From a virus (lineage: Duplodnaviria > Caudoviricetes), in the IMG/VR virus record IMGVR_UViG_3300033155_001357, positions 1 through 52,734 of that record: a DNA stretch of 52,734 bases. The stretch is one strand, 5' to 3'. This document shows positions 1 to 10,197 of the stretch, piece after piece. The position numbers and the translations under genes were made by a program. Under the pieces are notes generated by a model. The model saw only the letters and a program-made list of their open reading frames with translations. It made no database searches and had not been told where the DNA came from. How positions within the stretch are numbered: position 1 is the first letter of the stretch; the number at the start of each line of letters is the position of its first letter.

Positions 1-117
1 CAGGCTGAGCTTGCTGGCCTAGTAGATACTAACGTGAAATTGCAACAAGAATGTCGTAAACTAAAGAAGGAAGTAAAGTCGTTGCAGAAACAACTAAATA
101 ATACGGATGGTTAATAA

Positions 118-2133
118 ATGCCTGTTACCATTAATTGGATCACTAAAATTATTACTGTTGAAAAAGCAGACCTGCAAGAGATCCAGTTAATTCCAACTGA
201 GATTTATAGAATGGATTTGGACTGGTTTCGCTACCAGTTGAAAGCTCTTGAAGCTAGCGAAGAAGGTATGACTTTCTTAGACACTCACAACCACAACACA
301 GAAGTTACTCTGGGTGGTCTTACTTTCGCTCGTGTTATTGAAATTATTAATGGCTATACTGTTACGTTTGAAGACGGACAGTACGCTGTTAATCTAACTG
401 GAGCCAACAGTAATGTCGGTGATGTTGTAAACGTAAACCAGGTTTCTGTTCGTTCTCAGAACAGCGCTGGTCTGATTTCTACTCCTCTAATTGAAACTGC
501 AAGCTTTGAAGGAGGAGTAACTATTGATGAAACAAACATAACAGGTAGAGCAATCGCAGGTACACTACATCCAGCAGGCACTCCTCTTGCTCCTTCAAGC
601 AATCTAGCTGACACAAAACTAATCGATGAAGTTCGTGGATTCAGTCGTATTTATGTTATTGGACCATTAGATGTTACAGGAGCTTACGATTTTTCACGCT
701 ATACATTTCAAGGCCGCTCGCACGTTAATAACACTGTAACAATTTTCGCAGATGTAAATGTTACCAATGTAGTGTTTCGCGAGTTAAAAGTTACCGGCAT
801 TCTAGATGGAGGCAATGAGATTTCTAACAGCATTATTGAAGACTTGATTTATGTTAATGGTCATATTCATCGTTGTGGTTTGATCGGAGATATTAAACTA
901 GATGGCAACTTGAATGCTGCTATTATGGATTGTTCAACACTGGATCCATTTAATCCTCCTGCTATTGACATGGGAGGTTCTGGTCAAAGTCTTTCTATGC
1001 CTAACTATTCAGGTTTATTGACAATTTATAACATGAATGGACCTGGTGATTTTTGTGGTATTGGTCTATCGGCAGGTCAAGTAATTTTAGCTGATACAGT
1101 TACCGCTGGAATGGTACACATTTCTGGAGTAGGAGCGGTATTGGACGAACTTGGTAACCATATTGTTTCACAACCTGCATGGAACGGTGGCGTCACGGTT
1201 ATTAATGAGACTGTCTCTGCCACATCATTCAGTTATGAAGATTGGGATACAATTTGGATCGATACGGAGAATGGAGAAACAGGCACGACGTTTCCAACGG
1301 GCAAAAGACGTCACCCGGTCAAAACAGCAGCTGATGCTAAAGTTATTGCGGAAGCCAATGGCATCTTCCTGATCCATATTCATGGAGATTTGGTCCTTAC
1401 AGAAGACTGGGAAGGTTATGCCTTTGCTAGCCATAGTCCTGACTTGGGCTCGGTTGACCTTAACGTCAAAAGCGTAGATGGCACATCTTTTACAAACTTA
1501 ACTATGCTTGGTCGTGATACAGGTCATCTTAATGCCAAAGGCTGTAACTTCCCAAATGGTTATTCAGAGAACATGGATTGCAATCTTGAAAACTGTATTA
1601 TGACTGGTACGTTCAAGGCCGCAGCTGGTGCAACACTCAACTTTGACCGTTGTTCTTTTCCTGCAAATACAATTATAGATCTTAACGGAACAGGTAGTTT
1701 GAATTCGGCTAACATGTCTGGAGTAATGACTGTAACCAATATGACTGATGCAGCAAGCACTATAGGTCTTACAGGTATATATTTGTTGACATTGCATAGC
1801 ACTTGTACAGCAGGTACGGTTTTGGTTGCAGGAATAGGTATCCACAATGACCTATCAGGGTCTGGATGTAATGTAACTGACCGTACAGTGCCAGGTTCTA
1901 CTTGGGAAGAATTAACTTCGGTCCATGAAGTAACTGGAACAATGGGTGAGCGTGTTAACTTGATTAAAAAGATTCTATTCAATCGTCTTGAGCTTGCAGC
2001 AGGCAGTACCAACAACTGGATTCTGTATGACGATGATAAGGTAACACCAATTTCTACTTGGGACATGTCAGATTCCACTGGTGCAGCAATCACAATGGAT
2101 GCAGGCATTCCTGCGAAGAGGATTCCTGCATGA
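118..2133 (+). CDS. Large virion-associated/tail-fibre-like protein with beta-helix character and an internal duplication
   Basis: 671 aa, rich in G/T/N/I/V; two similar segments (VTIDETN..GTLHPAGTPLAP..SRIYVIG and IWIDTEN..GTTFPTGKRRHP..FLIHIHG). Confidence 0.5.
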   Translation: MPVTINWITKIITVEKADLQEIQLIPTEIYRMDLDWFRYQLKALEASEEGMTFLDTHNHNTEVTLGGLTFARVIEIINGYTVTFEDGQYAVNLTGANSNVGDVVNVNQVSVRSQNSAGLISTPLIETASFEGGVTIDETNITGRAIAGTLHPAGTPLAPSSNLADTKLIDEVRGFSRIYVIGPLDVTGAYDFSRYTFQGRSHVNNTVTIFADVNVTNVVFRELKVTGILDGGNEISNSIIEDLIYVNGHIHRCGLIGDIKLDGNLNAAIMDCSTLDPFNPPAIDMGGSGQSLSMPNYSGLLTIYNMNGPGDFCGIGLSAGQVILADTVTAGMVHISGVGAVLDELGNHIVSQPAWNGGVTVINETVSATSFSYEDWDTIWIDTENGETGTTFPTGKRRHPVKTAADAKVIAEANGIFLIHIHGDLVLTEDWEGYAFASHSPDLGSVDLNVKSVDGTSFTNLTMLGRDTGHLNAKGCNFPNGYSENMDCNLENCIMTGTFKAAAGATLNFDRCSFPANTIIDLNGTGSLNSANMSGVMTVTNMTDAASTIGLTGIYLLTLHSTCTAGTVLVAGIGIHNDLSGSGCNVTDRTVPGSTWEELTSVHEVTGTMGERVNLIKKILFNRLELAAGSTNNWILYDDDKVTPISTWDMSDSTGAAITMDAGIPAKRIPA

Positions 2134-2468
2134 CAGTAGCACAAGGTTTTGGAGGACATGGAGGCTTAGTGACCGATGGTACGCTAGGCTTCAGAACCTT
2201 TAGAATTATAGAAGAAATACTAGAGGAACTCAGGCGTCCTTTAGATGCAATACGTATTCATATATTAGAGTTGTTGATTAATCAACTGCAAACTGAGATA
2301 ATGAAGGAAGCTTGCACGAAAGCAGAACTACGTGCATCTGTAGAATCATACCAAACACTCCTGGATGAACAGAGGGGTCTTATCTGGGACCTCGAACAGA
2401 GAGTCAAGAACATTCAAAAAGCCCGTGCCATTGCATTACAACAAAGTGGCCCCACCGAAATGAGCTAA
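2130..2468 (+). CDS. Hypothetical coiled-coil protein
   Basis: ATG at 2130 overlaps the upstream stop (ATGA); heptad-like C-terminal half. Confidence 0.6.
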   Translation: MTVAQGFGGHGGLVTDGTLGFRTFRIIEEILEELRRPLDAIRIHILELLINQLQTEIMKEACTKAELRASVESYQTLLDEQRGLIWDLEQRVKNIQKARAIALQQSGPTEMS

Positions 2469-2469
2469 C

Positions 2470-3348
2470 ATGAGCAAATTTGATTTAATCAAAGCGACAG
2501 ATGAACACATGACCAGGCCTCGATTCTTCCTCCCTCGTGGCATCCATTACTATCCTTCAGAAGCCTCTGTATCTTTCACGGACCAACATGATGTTAAAAG
2601 AGTAGAAGGTCAGTGTATGCGCCAAGCATGGTATCGCCTCTGTGTAGAGGTGACAGGAGTAAAGCATGATGCGTACACACAGTGGATTTTTGCTCTTGGC
2701 AAGCATGTAGAAGAAATTCTTGTTGAAGAGTGGAAGCAAATGGGTATCTGGGTAGCCAACAACATCAAGTTCTACGACCAAGCACGGAACATCTCTGGTG
2801 AGCTAGACGTAGTGTTGTCAGAACCAGACGGTACTCTTTTTGGTGTAGAGGTGAAGAGCTTCTATGGCTATCATGGTAAGAAGCAGATCATGGGCAACAA
2901 GAGCACTGTCGGCAAGCCTAAGACATCTCAACTTCTCCAGACTCTAATCTATGTGGACCTCTGTAGAAAGCTAGGTCTCATTCAGTACTTTAAGCTGATA
3001 TATTATGCTCGTGACGAAGCAGCACGACGAGAGTTTGACATCAGTTTGATTGAAGATGGTGAATTCTTGAGGCCTACTATTGACGGGAACATTGATTACC
3101 GTTTCACTATGCAGGATGTCTATGACAGATACGAAGAGCTAGATGCACACGTTAAGGCTGGCACTCTTCCTCCTCGTGACTTTGATATCAACTGGGATGC
3201 TGAGAAGGTTGAATTCCGCAAGACGCTCGGTGAAGTTGCCAAGACTACATACGAGAAGTGGAAGAAGAAGCCTGCCTCGAACCCTATCGGCGACTGGCAG
3301 TGTAGATACTGCGCGTACTCAAAGCATTGTGGAACCCAGGAGGAATAA
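2470..3348 (+). CDS. Cas4/RecB-like PD-(D/E)XK exonuclease
   Basis: N-terminal Cys, GELDVV...EVKS, Q..IY, C-terminal CRYC..C Fe-S-type cysteines. Confidence 0.8.
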   Translation: MSKFDLIKATDEHMTRPRFFLPRGIHYYPSEASVSFTDQHDVKRVEGQCMRQAWYRLCVEVTGVKHDAYTQWIFALGKHVEEILVEEWKQMGIWVANNIKFYDQARNISGELDVVLSEPDGTLFGVEVKSFYGYHGKKQIMGNKSTVGKPKTSQLLQTLIYVDLCRKLGLIQYFKLIYYARDEAARREFDISLIEDGEFLRPTIDGNIDYRFTMQDVYDRYEELDAHVKAGTLPPRDFDINWDAEKVEFRKTLGEVAKTTYEKWKKKPASNPIGDWQCRYCAYSKHCGTQEE

Positions 3349-3948
3349 ATGAATTGGTGGAAGAGTTTGAAGAGTCGTTTTCGCAAAAAGCCTGAAGTTC
3401 GTGAGGTTGTTACTCCAACACAAGAACAGTGGGATCAGATTGCTGATATAGATTGGGAAGCTATCGGTCGTAAAGCTACTATCATGGTAGAGAATCTTCA
3501 TCCATTGAGATGTGAAGGCGAGAAAGTAGTCGCGCGTCCTGCTGGCCCTCGTTCTTACAGCTCTTTCGCTGGTACTGAAATCAAAGGGTATCTGCGTATG
3601 AAGAATGGTAAGTATGTATGCTTCCCAGAACTACAAGGTGTTTGGTATAAGTATTCCTATCAAGGAAACAAAACAGGCCAGTTACGTTTTGTTGTGTTTG
3701 ATATCTCTGTGTGGGATAGGTTGCAAGACCCAAACATCAAGGATCTTGTTTTGTTTGGTGCGAACGAATATAACTCTATAGGACAAATGGAACTACTTGA
3801 TATATCGTTTGATGAGATTGAAGGTGGTTACTCTATAAACTCTATTGTTACAGAAGAAACAATTGATTTTCATTTTCAAAAACTAATAGCATGGAGACTT
3901 GTTGACGCTCTTCCTCGCGACAATCTTTTGCTTATGGCAGACCAGTAA
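3349..3948 (+). CDS. Putative virion structural (tail tube-like) protein
   Basis: YSSFAGTEI..ELQ..G.LRFVVFD..ANEY..SINSIVTEE pattern recalled from large-phage structural proteins. Confidence 0.4.
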   Translation: MNWWKSLKSRFRKKPEVREVVTPTQEQWDQIADIDWEAIGRKATIMVENLHPLRCEGEKVVARPAGPRSYSSFAGTEIKGYLRMKNGKYVCFPELQGVWYKYSYQGNKTGQLRFVVFDISVWDRLQDPNIKDLVLFGANEYNSIGQMELLDISFDEIEGGYSINSIVTEETIDFHFQKLIAWRLVDALPRDNLLLMADQ

Positions 3949-4080
3949 GCCTTATTACACCCTTCCAAACCACAGTTAACCTTCCGTAATCCTTCCATTC
4001 TTAGCTGTGAAAACCTTCTTGTATTGAAGACAGATTCAGCTACACTACTAAGACAACCCACCCGGAGACAAGGATAAAAT

Positions 4081-6567
4081 ATGCATGTACACGATTTTCA
4101 AGATGCTATCGAGCATCTAAAGCCCTTTCTATCTGAATACCTTCAAGAGCACAATATTGACATCACAGGTAAGTTCACTTGTCTGTTCCCTGACCACGAG
4201 GACAGCACTCCTTCGTGTAACATTGTAGGCACTGAATCGCCCCGTTTCTTTTGTCATGGATGTGGAAGATCAGGTGATATCTTTGACGCTGTTAAATTCC
4301 TAGAGAAGAAGCCAAAGCTTGGTATAGATTGGGTAGAGAACACCCTTAAATACCTAGCTGAGAAATACGGAGTAGAGGTTAAGACGGCAGATCTGACTGA
4401 AGAGCAGGTCTACGAGCTGGACACTTACCGTGCTTACAGAGCGGCTGCTGAACTGATTGTGCCTAATCAGAACAAGCTGTTTGTCGCAGAGATTAAGAAG
4501 AGAGGTTGGCCATCAGAGATTCTGTTAGCACAGAATGTTGGCACTGTTGTTTCCTACAATGCCTTTTCTGACACTCTAGTCCAGCAAGGATTCACTCGTA
4601 CATTTTTGAAAGAGATTGACCTCAACAGGAAGGACATCTTTAATCCAGACAACCTAGTATTTGTATGGAGAGATGAGAAGGGTCGTCCAATTGGCTTCAC
4701 TGCTCGCAACATGAAGTACGAGACTGAGAAGGCTGAGGCTGAGAAGAAGGGTAAGAAATATAAAGGCAAGAAGTACAACAATCAACGCACTACAGGACTG
4801 AAGTGTAACATCTTTCAGAAAGGGAAAAGATTTTATGGTATCAATACAGCAATTGAAAGCACGCCTCCTCTTTACATATTTGAAGGCCAAGCCGATGTTA
4901 TCACAGCCCGTGCTCATGGACTTTCTAACTGTGTTGCCATTGCTGGTAGCTCACTACACGAAGACCATATCCATCTTCTTAAGCAGCTAAGTATCTTTGA
5001 TGTTGTCCTCTGTCTAGATGGTGATGAGACAGGTCAAAAGAAGCTTGCTGAGATTCTAGAGACTAAGTTCGCTGGTAAAAAGGACATGAAGGTTCGAGTC
5101 ATTATCATGCCTGATGGTGAAGACCCTGACTCATATCTACGTGCTGAAGGCCTAGAGTCTTTCAAAAAGCTAGCTCATTGGACAGCGTTCGAGTGGAGAC
5201 TAAACCAGTATCCTGAAGAAGCTGACGAGAGTGAAGTTTGTCATCAGATGATTCCATTTATTGTGAATGAGACCTCTCCTGTCACACGTGACAAACTAGT
5301 CAAGGTGCTCTCCTCACGCACTGGTGTCTCTCTCAAGGCTGTTACAGATGAATTGAATATCCTGTTGGATGAGAAAGCAATGAAGCGCTCTCGTGAACGA
5401 CAGGACGTGCTTGATAAGATGACGTGGGAGATTAGACAAACTCCTGGCAATGCTGAAACCATCATTCAAGCTACACAGAACTCTCTGATGGATTTAACTA
5501 AAAACCATGACAGCGACAAGCTTTCTGATGAAGATTTTGTGAGATCATTAGATGAGCAGAAGTTAGAAGAGGAGCAGTCTGAACAGGGTGATAGTGGTTT
5601 CAATCTAGGTATAGACTTGAAAGAACTACAGGAGGTACTACGTGGAGATTGGGAAGGAACTTTCATTTGTATCGGTGGTAAACCTAACGTGGGTAAGACT
5701 GCGTTCCTATCTAAGCTCGCTTACGAAATCGCCAACAACAATGATGACGTTGTTGTCATCTATCATACTATTGACGATACCGCTGAGCAGCTTGTTCCTC
5801 GTTTCGTTACTATTGCTGAGAGTAGTCGCAAGCTATCTATCAACATGGTACGTCAGCCGAATTATTGGTCCAAGACTGTTGGCCTCACAGATGTAATAGA
5901 GAGACGAGAAGATGGATACAAACAAGTACGACATCTTGCACAACAGGGTAGACTTGTTGTTAAAGATCTTGACCACGGCGGCTCTCTTCCTTTTATTGAG
6001 AATCTTATCTGTTATTTCCAGGAGAAATACCCTAACCGAAAGGTAGTGTATGTTTTGGATAACTTCCATAAGCTCCGTGACTTTCCTGGTAATGATGAGA
6101 GAGTGCGTTTTAAGGCTATGTCTGAAGCAACTAAGAGCCTAGCTCTGCGCCGCCGCTGTTGTATTATTACCACGGTGGAATACACCAAACTGGCTCCTGG
6201 TATCAAACCTACTAACCATAACATTGGAGAAACAGGACAGATTGAGTATGACGCATCTGCTATTATTCACATTCATAGTGAGGTAGCTGACAATCCTGAA
6301 GGTTTCAATGTGTGCCATGAGAGTGTAGATTGGCAAGGACAAAATCACTTCCTTCCTCGTAATGAATTCATTGTGGGTAAGAACAAGATTAGCGAAATCA
6401 AAGGCTCTTTCTTCTTGGATTTCTGGCCTGCATCCTCTGACTATCGTTCTGTCAATCGAAAGATTGTACTGAAAGAAGCTAATGAGATGAAAGAAAAGAA
6501 GAAACACGATCCAGAATTTGCTAAGCTAGATAATGTTATAGATGATGAGATGGGAGGACTGTTCTAA
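4081..6567 (+). CDS. DNA primase (CHC2 zinc finger + Toprim) fused to DnaB-like helicase
   Basis: CLFPDHEDSTPSC..FCHGC; FEGQAD and LDGDETG Toprim motifs; DPD; Walker A GGKPNVGKT; GQIEYDA and KNK helicase motifs. Confidence 0.92.
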   Translation: MHVHDFQDAIEHLKPFLSEYLQEHNIDITGKFTCLFPDHEDSTPSCNIVGTESPRFFCHGCGRSGDIFDAVKFLEKKPKLGIDWVENTLKYLAEKYGVEVKTADLTEEQVYELDTYRAYRAAAELIVPNQNKLFVAEIKKRGWPSEILLAQNVGTVVSYNAFSDTLVQQGFTRTFLKEIDLNRKDIFNPDNLVFVWRDEKGRPIGFTARNMKYETEKAEAEKKGKKYKGKKYNNQRTTGLKCNIFQKGKRFYGINTAIESTPPLYIFEGQADVITARAHGLSNCVAIAGSSLHEDHIHLLKQLSIFDVVLCLDGDETGQKKLAEILETKFAGKKDMKVRVIIMPDGEDPDSYLRAEGLESFKKLAHWTAFEWRLNQYPEEADESEVCHQMIPFIVNETSPVTRDKLVKVLSSRTGVSLKAVTDELNILLDEKAMKRSRERQDVLDKMTWEIRQTPGNAETIIQATQNSLMDLTKNHDSDKLSDEDFVRSLDEQKLEEEQSEQGDSGFNLGIDLKELQEVLRGDWEGTFICIGGKPNVGKTAFLSKLAYEIANNNDDVVVIYHTIDDTAEQLVPRFVTIAESSRKLSINMVRQPNYWSKTVGLTDVIERREDGYKQVRHLAQQGRLVVKDLDHGGSLPFIENLICYFQEKYPNRKVVYVLDNFHKLRDFPGNDERVRFKAMSEATKSLALRRRCCIITTVEYTKLAPGIKPTNHNIGETGQIEYDASAIIHIHSEVADNPEGFNVCHESVDWQGQNHFLPRNEFIVGKNKISEIKGSFFLDFWPASSDYRSVNRKIVLKEANEMKEKKKHDPEFAKLDNVIDDEMGGLF

Positions 6568-6761
6568 TGTTGTATGAGATGAAGTGCACAAACGACCAAT
6601 GTGTCTTAAAATATGAAGAGCAAATTAAGATTGCTGAGTATGAGGCTAACGGCGCTAAGTGTCCACAGTGCGGTGCACCTGCAGAACGCGAGGTAAGAAC
6701 CAATCCCGGCCATTTTCGTCATGCCTCATGGGCACAATGGAGGATGGGTCATGGATATTAG
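6567..6761 (+). CDS. FmdB-like zinc-ribbon protein
   Basis: YEMKC...C and CPQCG. Confidence 0.7.
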   Translation: MLYEMKCTNDQCVLKYEEQIKIAEYEANGAKCPQCGAPAEREVRTNPGHFRHASWAQWRMGHGY

Positions 6762-7722
6762 AAGTAAGCTAAAGTATATCCCCTGGATCGTTCTGATCCT
6801 TGCAGTGGGAGGTCTTGCCTTCTATCAGTGGCGTGCTGCCGACGATGCCCGAGCGCTATTATATGCTCAGAACTCCGAGCTGATGAAGGCTAATCTAGAC
6901 TTGGGTAGAGCACAGACAAAGATTGTAGATCAAGCTACGCTTCACACTGTGGCTATGGCTGACATCGATCAGAAGTGGAAGGCTGAGATAAAGAAACGTA
7001 ATGCTTTAATTACGCTGTATGCTCAGTTAGAGGCTCGATATACAGCAGAGAAGAAGAAGGTCAAGGTTACAACTAAGATTATCTATCGTGACAAGCCTGG
7101 TGAGACTATAGATCTACCTAAGAACAAACTGTATGTGCGTCAAGAAGATGGCAGCTACAAAGAAATCACTTCGATGGCTTGGAATTACAAAGACTTCAGA
7201 ATCACAATATCTGGTGATGCTATTCAGCAAACTCTTTCCTACAAGCTACATCAACGATTCCGTGTCCAGCTAGTAGAAACTAAGCTTCCTACTGGCGCTC
7301 GCAACCACTATGCAAACTTATTTGAACTCGACGACAAGGGCAAGGTTGTTGCTAAGCTACAGTTAGCTCAATTCAACGTGTTGCGTGCTCAAGAGCTGGA
7401 AAGCCACATGATGTGGTGGAACCCAAAACTGGATCTTGGTGTAGGTTTTGGCATGAGTCACAAGCTTGACTTTACTTGGTGTGCTGAGCTAGGTTTATCT
7501 GTGTCTGCATATGGTAAGACACCCAATGACCTGTCTTGGAGGTTCTTCAGGCTAGGCACTGGTATAACTGGCAATGGTTTTTCCCTTACCTTCTCTCCTG
7601 CTCAATTCAATCTAGGTCAACACTTACCTTTGATTAGCAATATGTGGTTGACACCTGCCATTGGAGTCAGTTTACCTGATATACAAGGTGTATTTACATT
7701 AGGAATATCTGTAGTATTCTAA
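6751..7722 (+). CDS. Membrane-anchored protein (N-terminal TM, coiled coil, C-terminal amphipathic beta strands ending in F)
   Basis: IPWIVLILAVGGLAFY hydrophobic helix; start placed at MDIRSK. Confidence 0.6.
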   Translation: MDIRSKLKYIPWIVLILAVGGLAFYQWRAADDARALLYAQNSELMKANLDLGRAQTKIVDQATLHTVAMADIDQKWKAEIKKRNALITLYAQLEARYTAEKKKVKVTTKIIYRDKPGETIDLPKNKLYVRQEDGSYKEITSMAWNYKDFRITISGDAIQQTLSYKLHQRFRVQLVETKLPTGARNHYANLFELDDKGKVVAKLQLAQFNVLRAQELESHMMWWNPKLDLGVGFGMSHKLDFTWCAELGLSVSAYGKTPNDLSWRFFRLGTGITGNGFSLTFSPAQFNLGQHLPLISNMWLTPAIGVSLPDIQGVFTLGISVVF

Positions 7723-7730
7723 TATTTATT

Positions 7731-8285
7731 ATGAAATACCAACAGTGTTCAAAATGTAAAACGCCCAAAAAAACTTCAGAGTTTTCAATAAGTAAACGGG
7801 CGAAATCTGGTTTGCAATCTTCGTGTAAACAGTGTCAAAAACAATGGAGAAAAAAGAATAAAATACAATTACAAATCAAAAAACAACAGTATTGGCAAAC
7901 AAAAAAAGATAATCCCGATTTTGTTGCAAAAAGAAAAGCTTATTATAAAGCCAACAAAAAAGATATTTTAGCCTATTCTGCTACGTGGCGTAATACAGTT
8001 AAAGGGAAATTTACAGAATACAAATCTAATGCCAAAAAAAGAGGAATTCTTTGGAAATTTACAGAAAAGGAATTTAGAAAATTTTGGCAAAAACCTTGTG
8101 TTTATTGCGGAACCTCTATAAGTACAATAGGGCTTGATAGAATAGATAATCATAAAGAATACAGTCTAGCGAATTGTGTTGCTTGTTGTGGTCTGTGTAA
8201 TCGTGCAAAAGGCATTCAAACAGTGAAAGAATTCTTATCATGGATTAAAAAAGTGTATAATTATTCGGAAATAGGTATTTTATGA
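7731..8285 (+). CDS. HNH-family homing endonuclease
   Basis: CSKC..CKQC N-terminus; CVYCG..GLDRIDN..YSLANCVACCGLCNRAK; noticeably more AT-rich than neighbours. Confidence 0.85.
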   Translation: MKYQQCSKCKTPKKTSEFSISKRAKSGLQSSCKQCQKQWRKKNKIQLQIKKQQYWQTKKDNPDFVAKRKAYYKANKKDILAYSATWRNTVKGKFTEYKSNAKKRGILWKFTEKEFRKFWQKPCVYCGTSISTIGLDRIDNHKEYSLANCVACCGLCNRAKGIQTVKEFLSWIKKVYNYSEIGIL

Positions 8286-8650
8286 CTAGATTATTCCAAT
8301 GCAATACACATTATGGTATTGATCCACCTATGGACATTAACCCTCTGATCTTAGAAAAGTATCAGCGGTCTAGAGTGTTGGTGTTGTGTGCCCGTGAACA
8401 GCAGTGTCAACGCATATACAAACTAATGCAGGATGTGGAATTCTATCCTGATATGCATTTAGTAGCTTATGGTTGGTGGGAAGCAGAAAAGATGGGCTTG
8501 GTAGATATGGATGAGCTATGTTACAAAGAAGTAGCTTCTTACGATGCTGTTATTGTTCTTAATAGAAATCGCATTCATCCTTTATTTGCTCCTCTTCTCG
8601 AAGAGGTGGAAGAGTTGTTAGAATGCAAGTTATTACTCCCCGAGGCCTAA
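8282..8650 (+). CDS. Hypothetical protein
   Basis: Tightly packed ORF in the + strand operon. Confidence 0.6.
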   Translation: MTRLFQCNTHYGIDPPMDINPLILEKYQRSRVLVLCAREQQCQRIYKLMQDVEFYPDMHLVAYGWWEAEKMGLVDMDELCYKEVASYDAVIVLNRNRIHPLFAPLLEEVEELLECKLLLPEA

Positions 8651-9348
8651 AGCTTTATGCGCGTTGTCCCAAACGCTTTTCTTTCTCATGGCATCTTAAG
8701 CCTGTTACTACTATTGAGTGTAAAACTATTGAAGACATCATCAAAAGTCTCTATCTTTACCATGCTAGACGAGGTGTACTTATGCCTTGGAAGCATATAC
8801 CGCCCAGAGCCCACCAGATGCTCTTAGAAACATTCAAAGACCTAGATGCCACCCAGGAGTACAAGCAAACGGAACATCTCCTGGTGAAGCTCTCAGCGTG
8901 GTACAATAACCACTACCTAGAGGAGTATTGTGATGAAGGAGTTATTAACCTCCCTGTGCAAATGGGTCTTGGGACTCATCTTACGTTGGCTGACGAAATC
9001 GATATCGTCACGATGGGGAAGCAGCTACGATTATTTGACTTCGACGAAGTATGTGACAAACAAAGCTTAAGCACGTATACTGGTCTCAAAGTTTACAACG
9101 ACTTAGCTGCGTTAGCTAAAGTATGGCTCTTCTGGAAGGCCACTGACATCATGCCTGAACAATATATCAGGCTAGTGATAAGTGCTAAATCGGTCAAGCC
9201 CATTAGACTTACTATCACTGATCGAATGGTGGAGAAAATTGAAGTATTCATGAGACAGTTAGCACGAGGGATACAAGACGAAGCATATTATCCCTCCTTT
9301 TCTGAGCAATGCCTGCATTGTCCTTACAAGGAACGGTGTAGTATATAG
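8623..9348 (+). CDS. PD-(D/E)XK (AddB/Cas4-like) family protein, possibly catalytically degenerate
   Basis: YARCPKRF N-terminus, EIDIV..FDFD, C-terminal QCLHCPYKERC. Confidence 0.65.
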   Translation: MQVITPRGLKLYARCPKRFSFSWHLKPVTTIECKTIEDIIKSLYLYHARRGVLMPWKHIPPRAHQMLLETFKDLDATQEYKQTEHLLVKLSAWYNNHYLEEYCDEGVINLPVQMGLGTHLTLADEIDIVTMGKQLRLFDFDEVCDKQSLSTYTGLKVYNDLAALAKVWLFWKATDIMPEQYIRLVISAKSVKPIRLTITDRMVEKIEVFMRQLARGIQDEAYYPSFSEQCLHCPYKERCSI

Positions 9349-9358
9349 GAGGTAGCAA

Positions 9359-9502
9359 ATGCTACGTATTAAGGATCAGTCTGGAAAGACGAAGTACATC
9401 CTTCGAGACGAAGACGAAGAGCCTGTTGAAATTGAAGAACTAGTCTTGAATGATGACAATGAGGACGAAGAAGGAGAAGAGAATGCGACAGATGAAGATT
9501 GA
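9359..9502 (+). CDS. Small acidic protein (47 aa)
   Basis: AGGAGG RBS then MLRIKDQSGKTKYILRDEDEEPVEIEELV...; below ORF-track size cutoff. Confidence 0.6.
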   Translation: MLRIKDQSGKTKYILRDEDEEPVEIEELVLNDDNEDEEGEENATDED

Positions 9503-9824
9503 AGGTCAGAGTCAATGGTTTGATCCAGTGGGTCGTCAAAGAACCGAGACACGTGAGATCGTAGTCTGTGAAGATTGTGGTTGTGAATGGTTTGACCTTA
9601 TCTGTGTACAACAGTATCCCAAGCATGCTCAAGTTATTTTGGGACAAAGACCTGCGCCCATTGATGACCGTGGTTTTTGGTTGTACAAATGCATCAAATG
9701 TGGAGAAGTTTATGAGCCACCTGTACAGGTAGGTCCTCAAGATGCAGCTAGAAAAGGTTATGACGCTTTCTTGGATCACATGCATGTAGAAGCAAAGAAA
9801 CCTGGAGCTGGAGAGGAAGTGTGA
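9483..9824 (+). CDS. Zinc-finger protein
   Basis: CEDCGC and CIKCG motifs; exact start uncertain. Confidence 0.6.
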   Translation: MRQMKIEGQSQWFDPVGRQRTETREIVVCEDCGCEWFDLICVQQYPKHAQVILGQRPAPIDDRGFWLYKCIKCGEVYEPPVQVGPQDAARKGYDAFLDHMHVEAKKPGAGEEV

Positions 9825-10108
9825 GGTTCATCCTCAAGGATACAAACCGTTTCTTCTTAGCTGGTACCCAGAATAGATTCCTTCACCTAGCTACCGTCCA
9901 ACGTAACCTTAGAGAATATATGTGTTTCTCTGATAGGCAAACAAACAAAACATATATCGAAGAGGTTACAGGTGGGAGTCTTAACTTCATCAAAGACGAT
10001 TCTCTCGCCCTTGGCTTACAGCAATTTCTAGAGGATAAGGGGGTGCTGAGCATTGGTAAACCAACCTTGCCCGATTCTGACTGGCTTAGAGCTGGAAAGA
10101 CTAGATAG
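9821..10108 (+). CDS. Hypothetical protein
   Basis: GTGA overlap with upstream stop, GGAG RBS. Confidence 0.6.
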   Translation: MRFILKDTNRFFLAGTQNRFLHLATVQRNLREYMCFSDRQTNKTYIEEVTGGSLNFIKDDSLALGLQQFLEDKGVLSIGKPTLPDSDWLRAGKTR

Positions 10109-10197
10109 AGCTATCTGTACTGCTAACAATATAGACTATGACCATGAAGAAAGATTACGGCTCGCCGCCACCATTGATGAAATGATTCAGGTGATCA

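Noticed and set aside
2470-3348. CRISPR-Cas locus
   Set aside because: Cas4-like nucleases are common stand-alone phage genes; no repeat-spacer array or other cas genes seen in the window.
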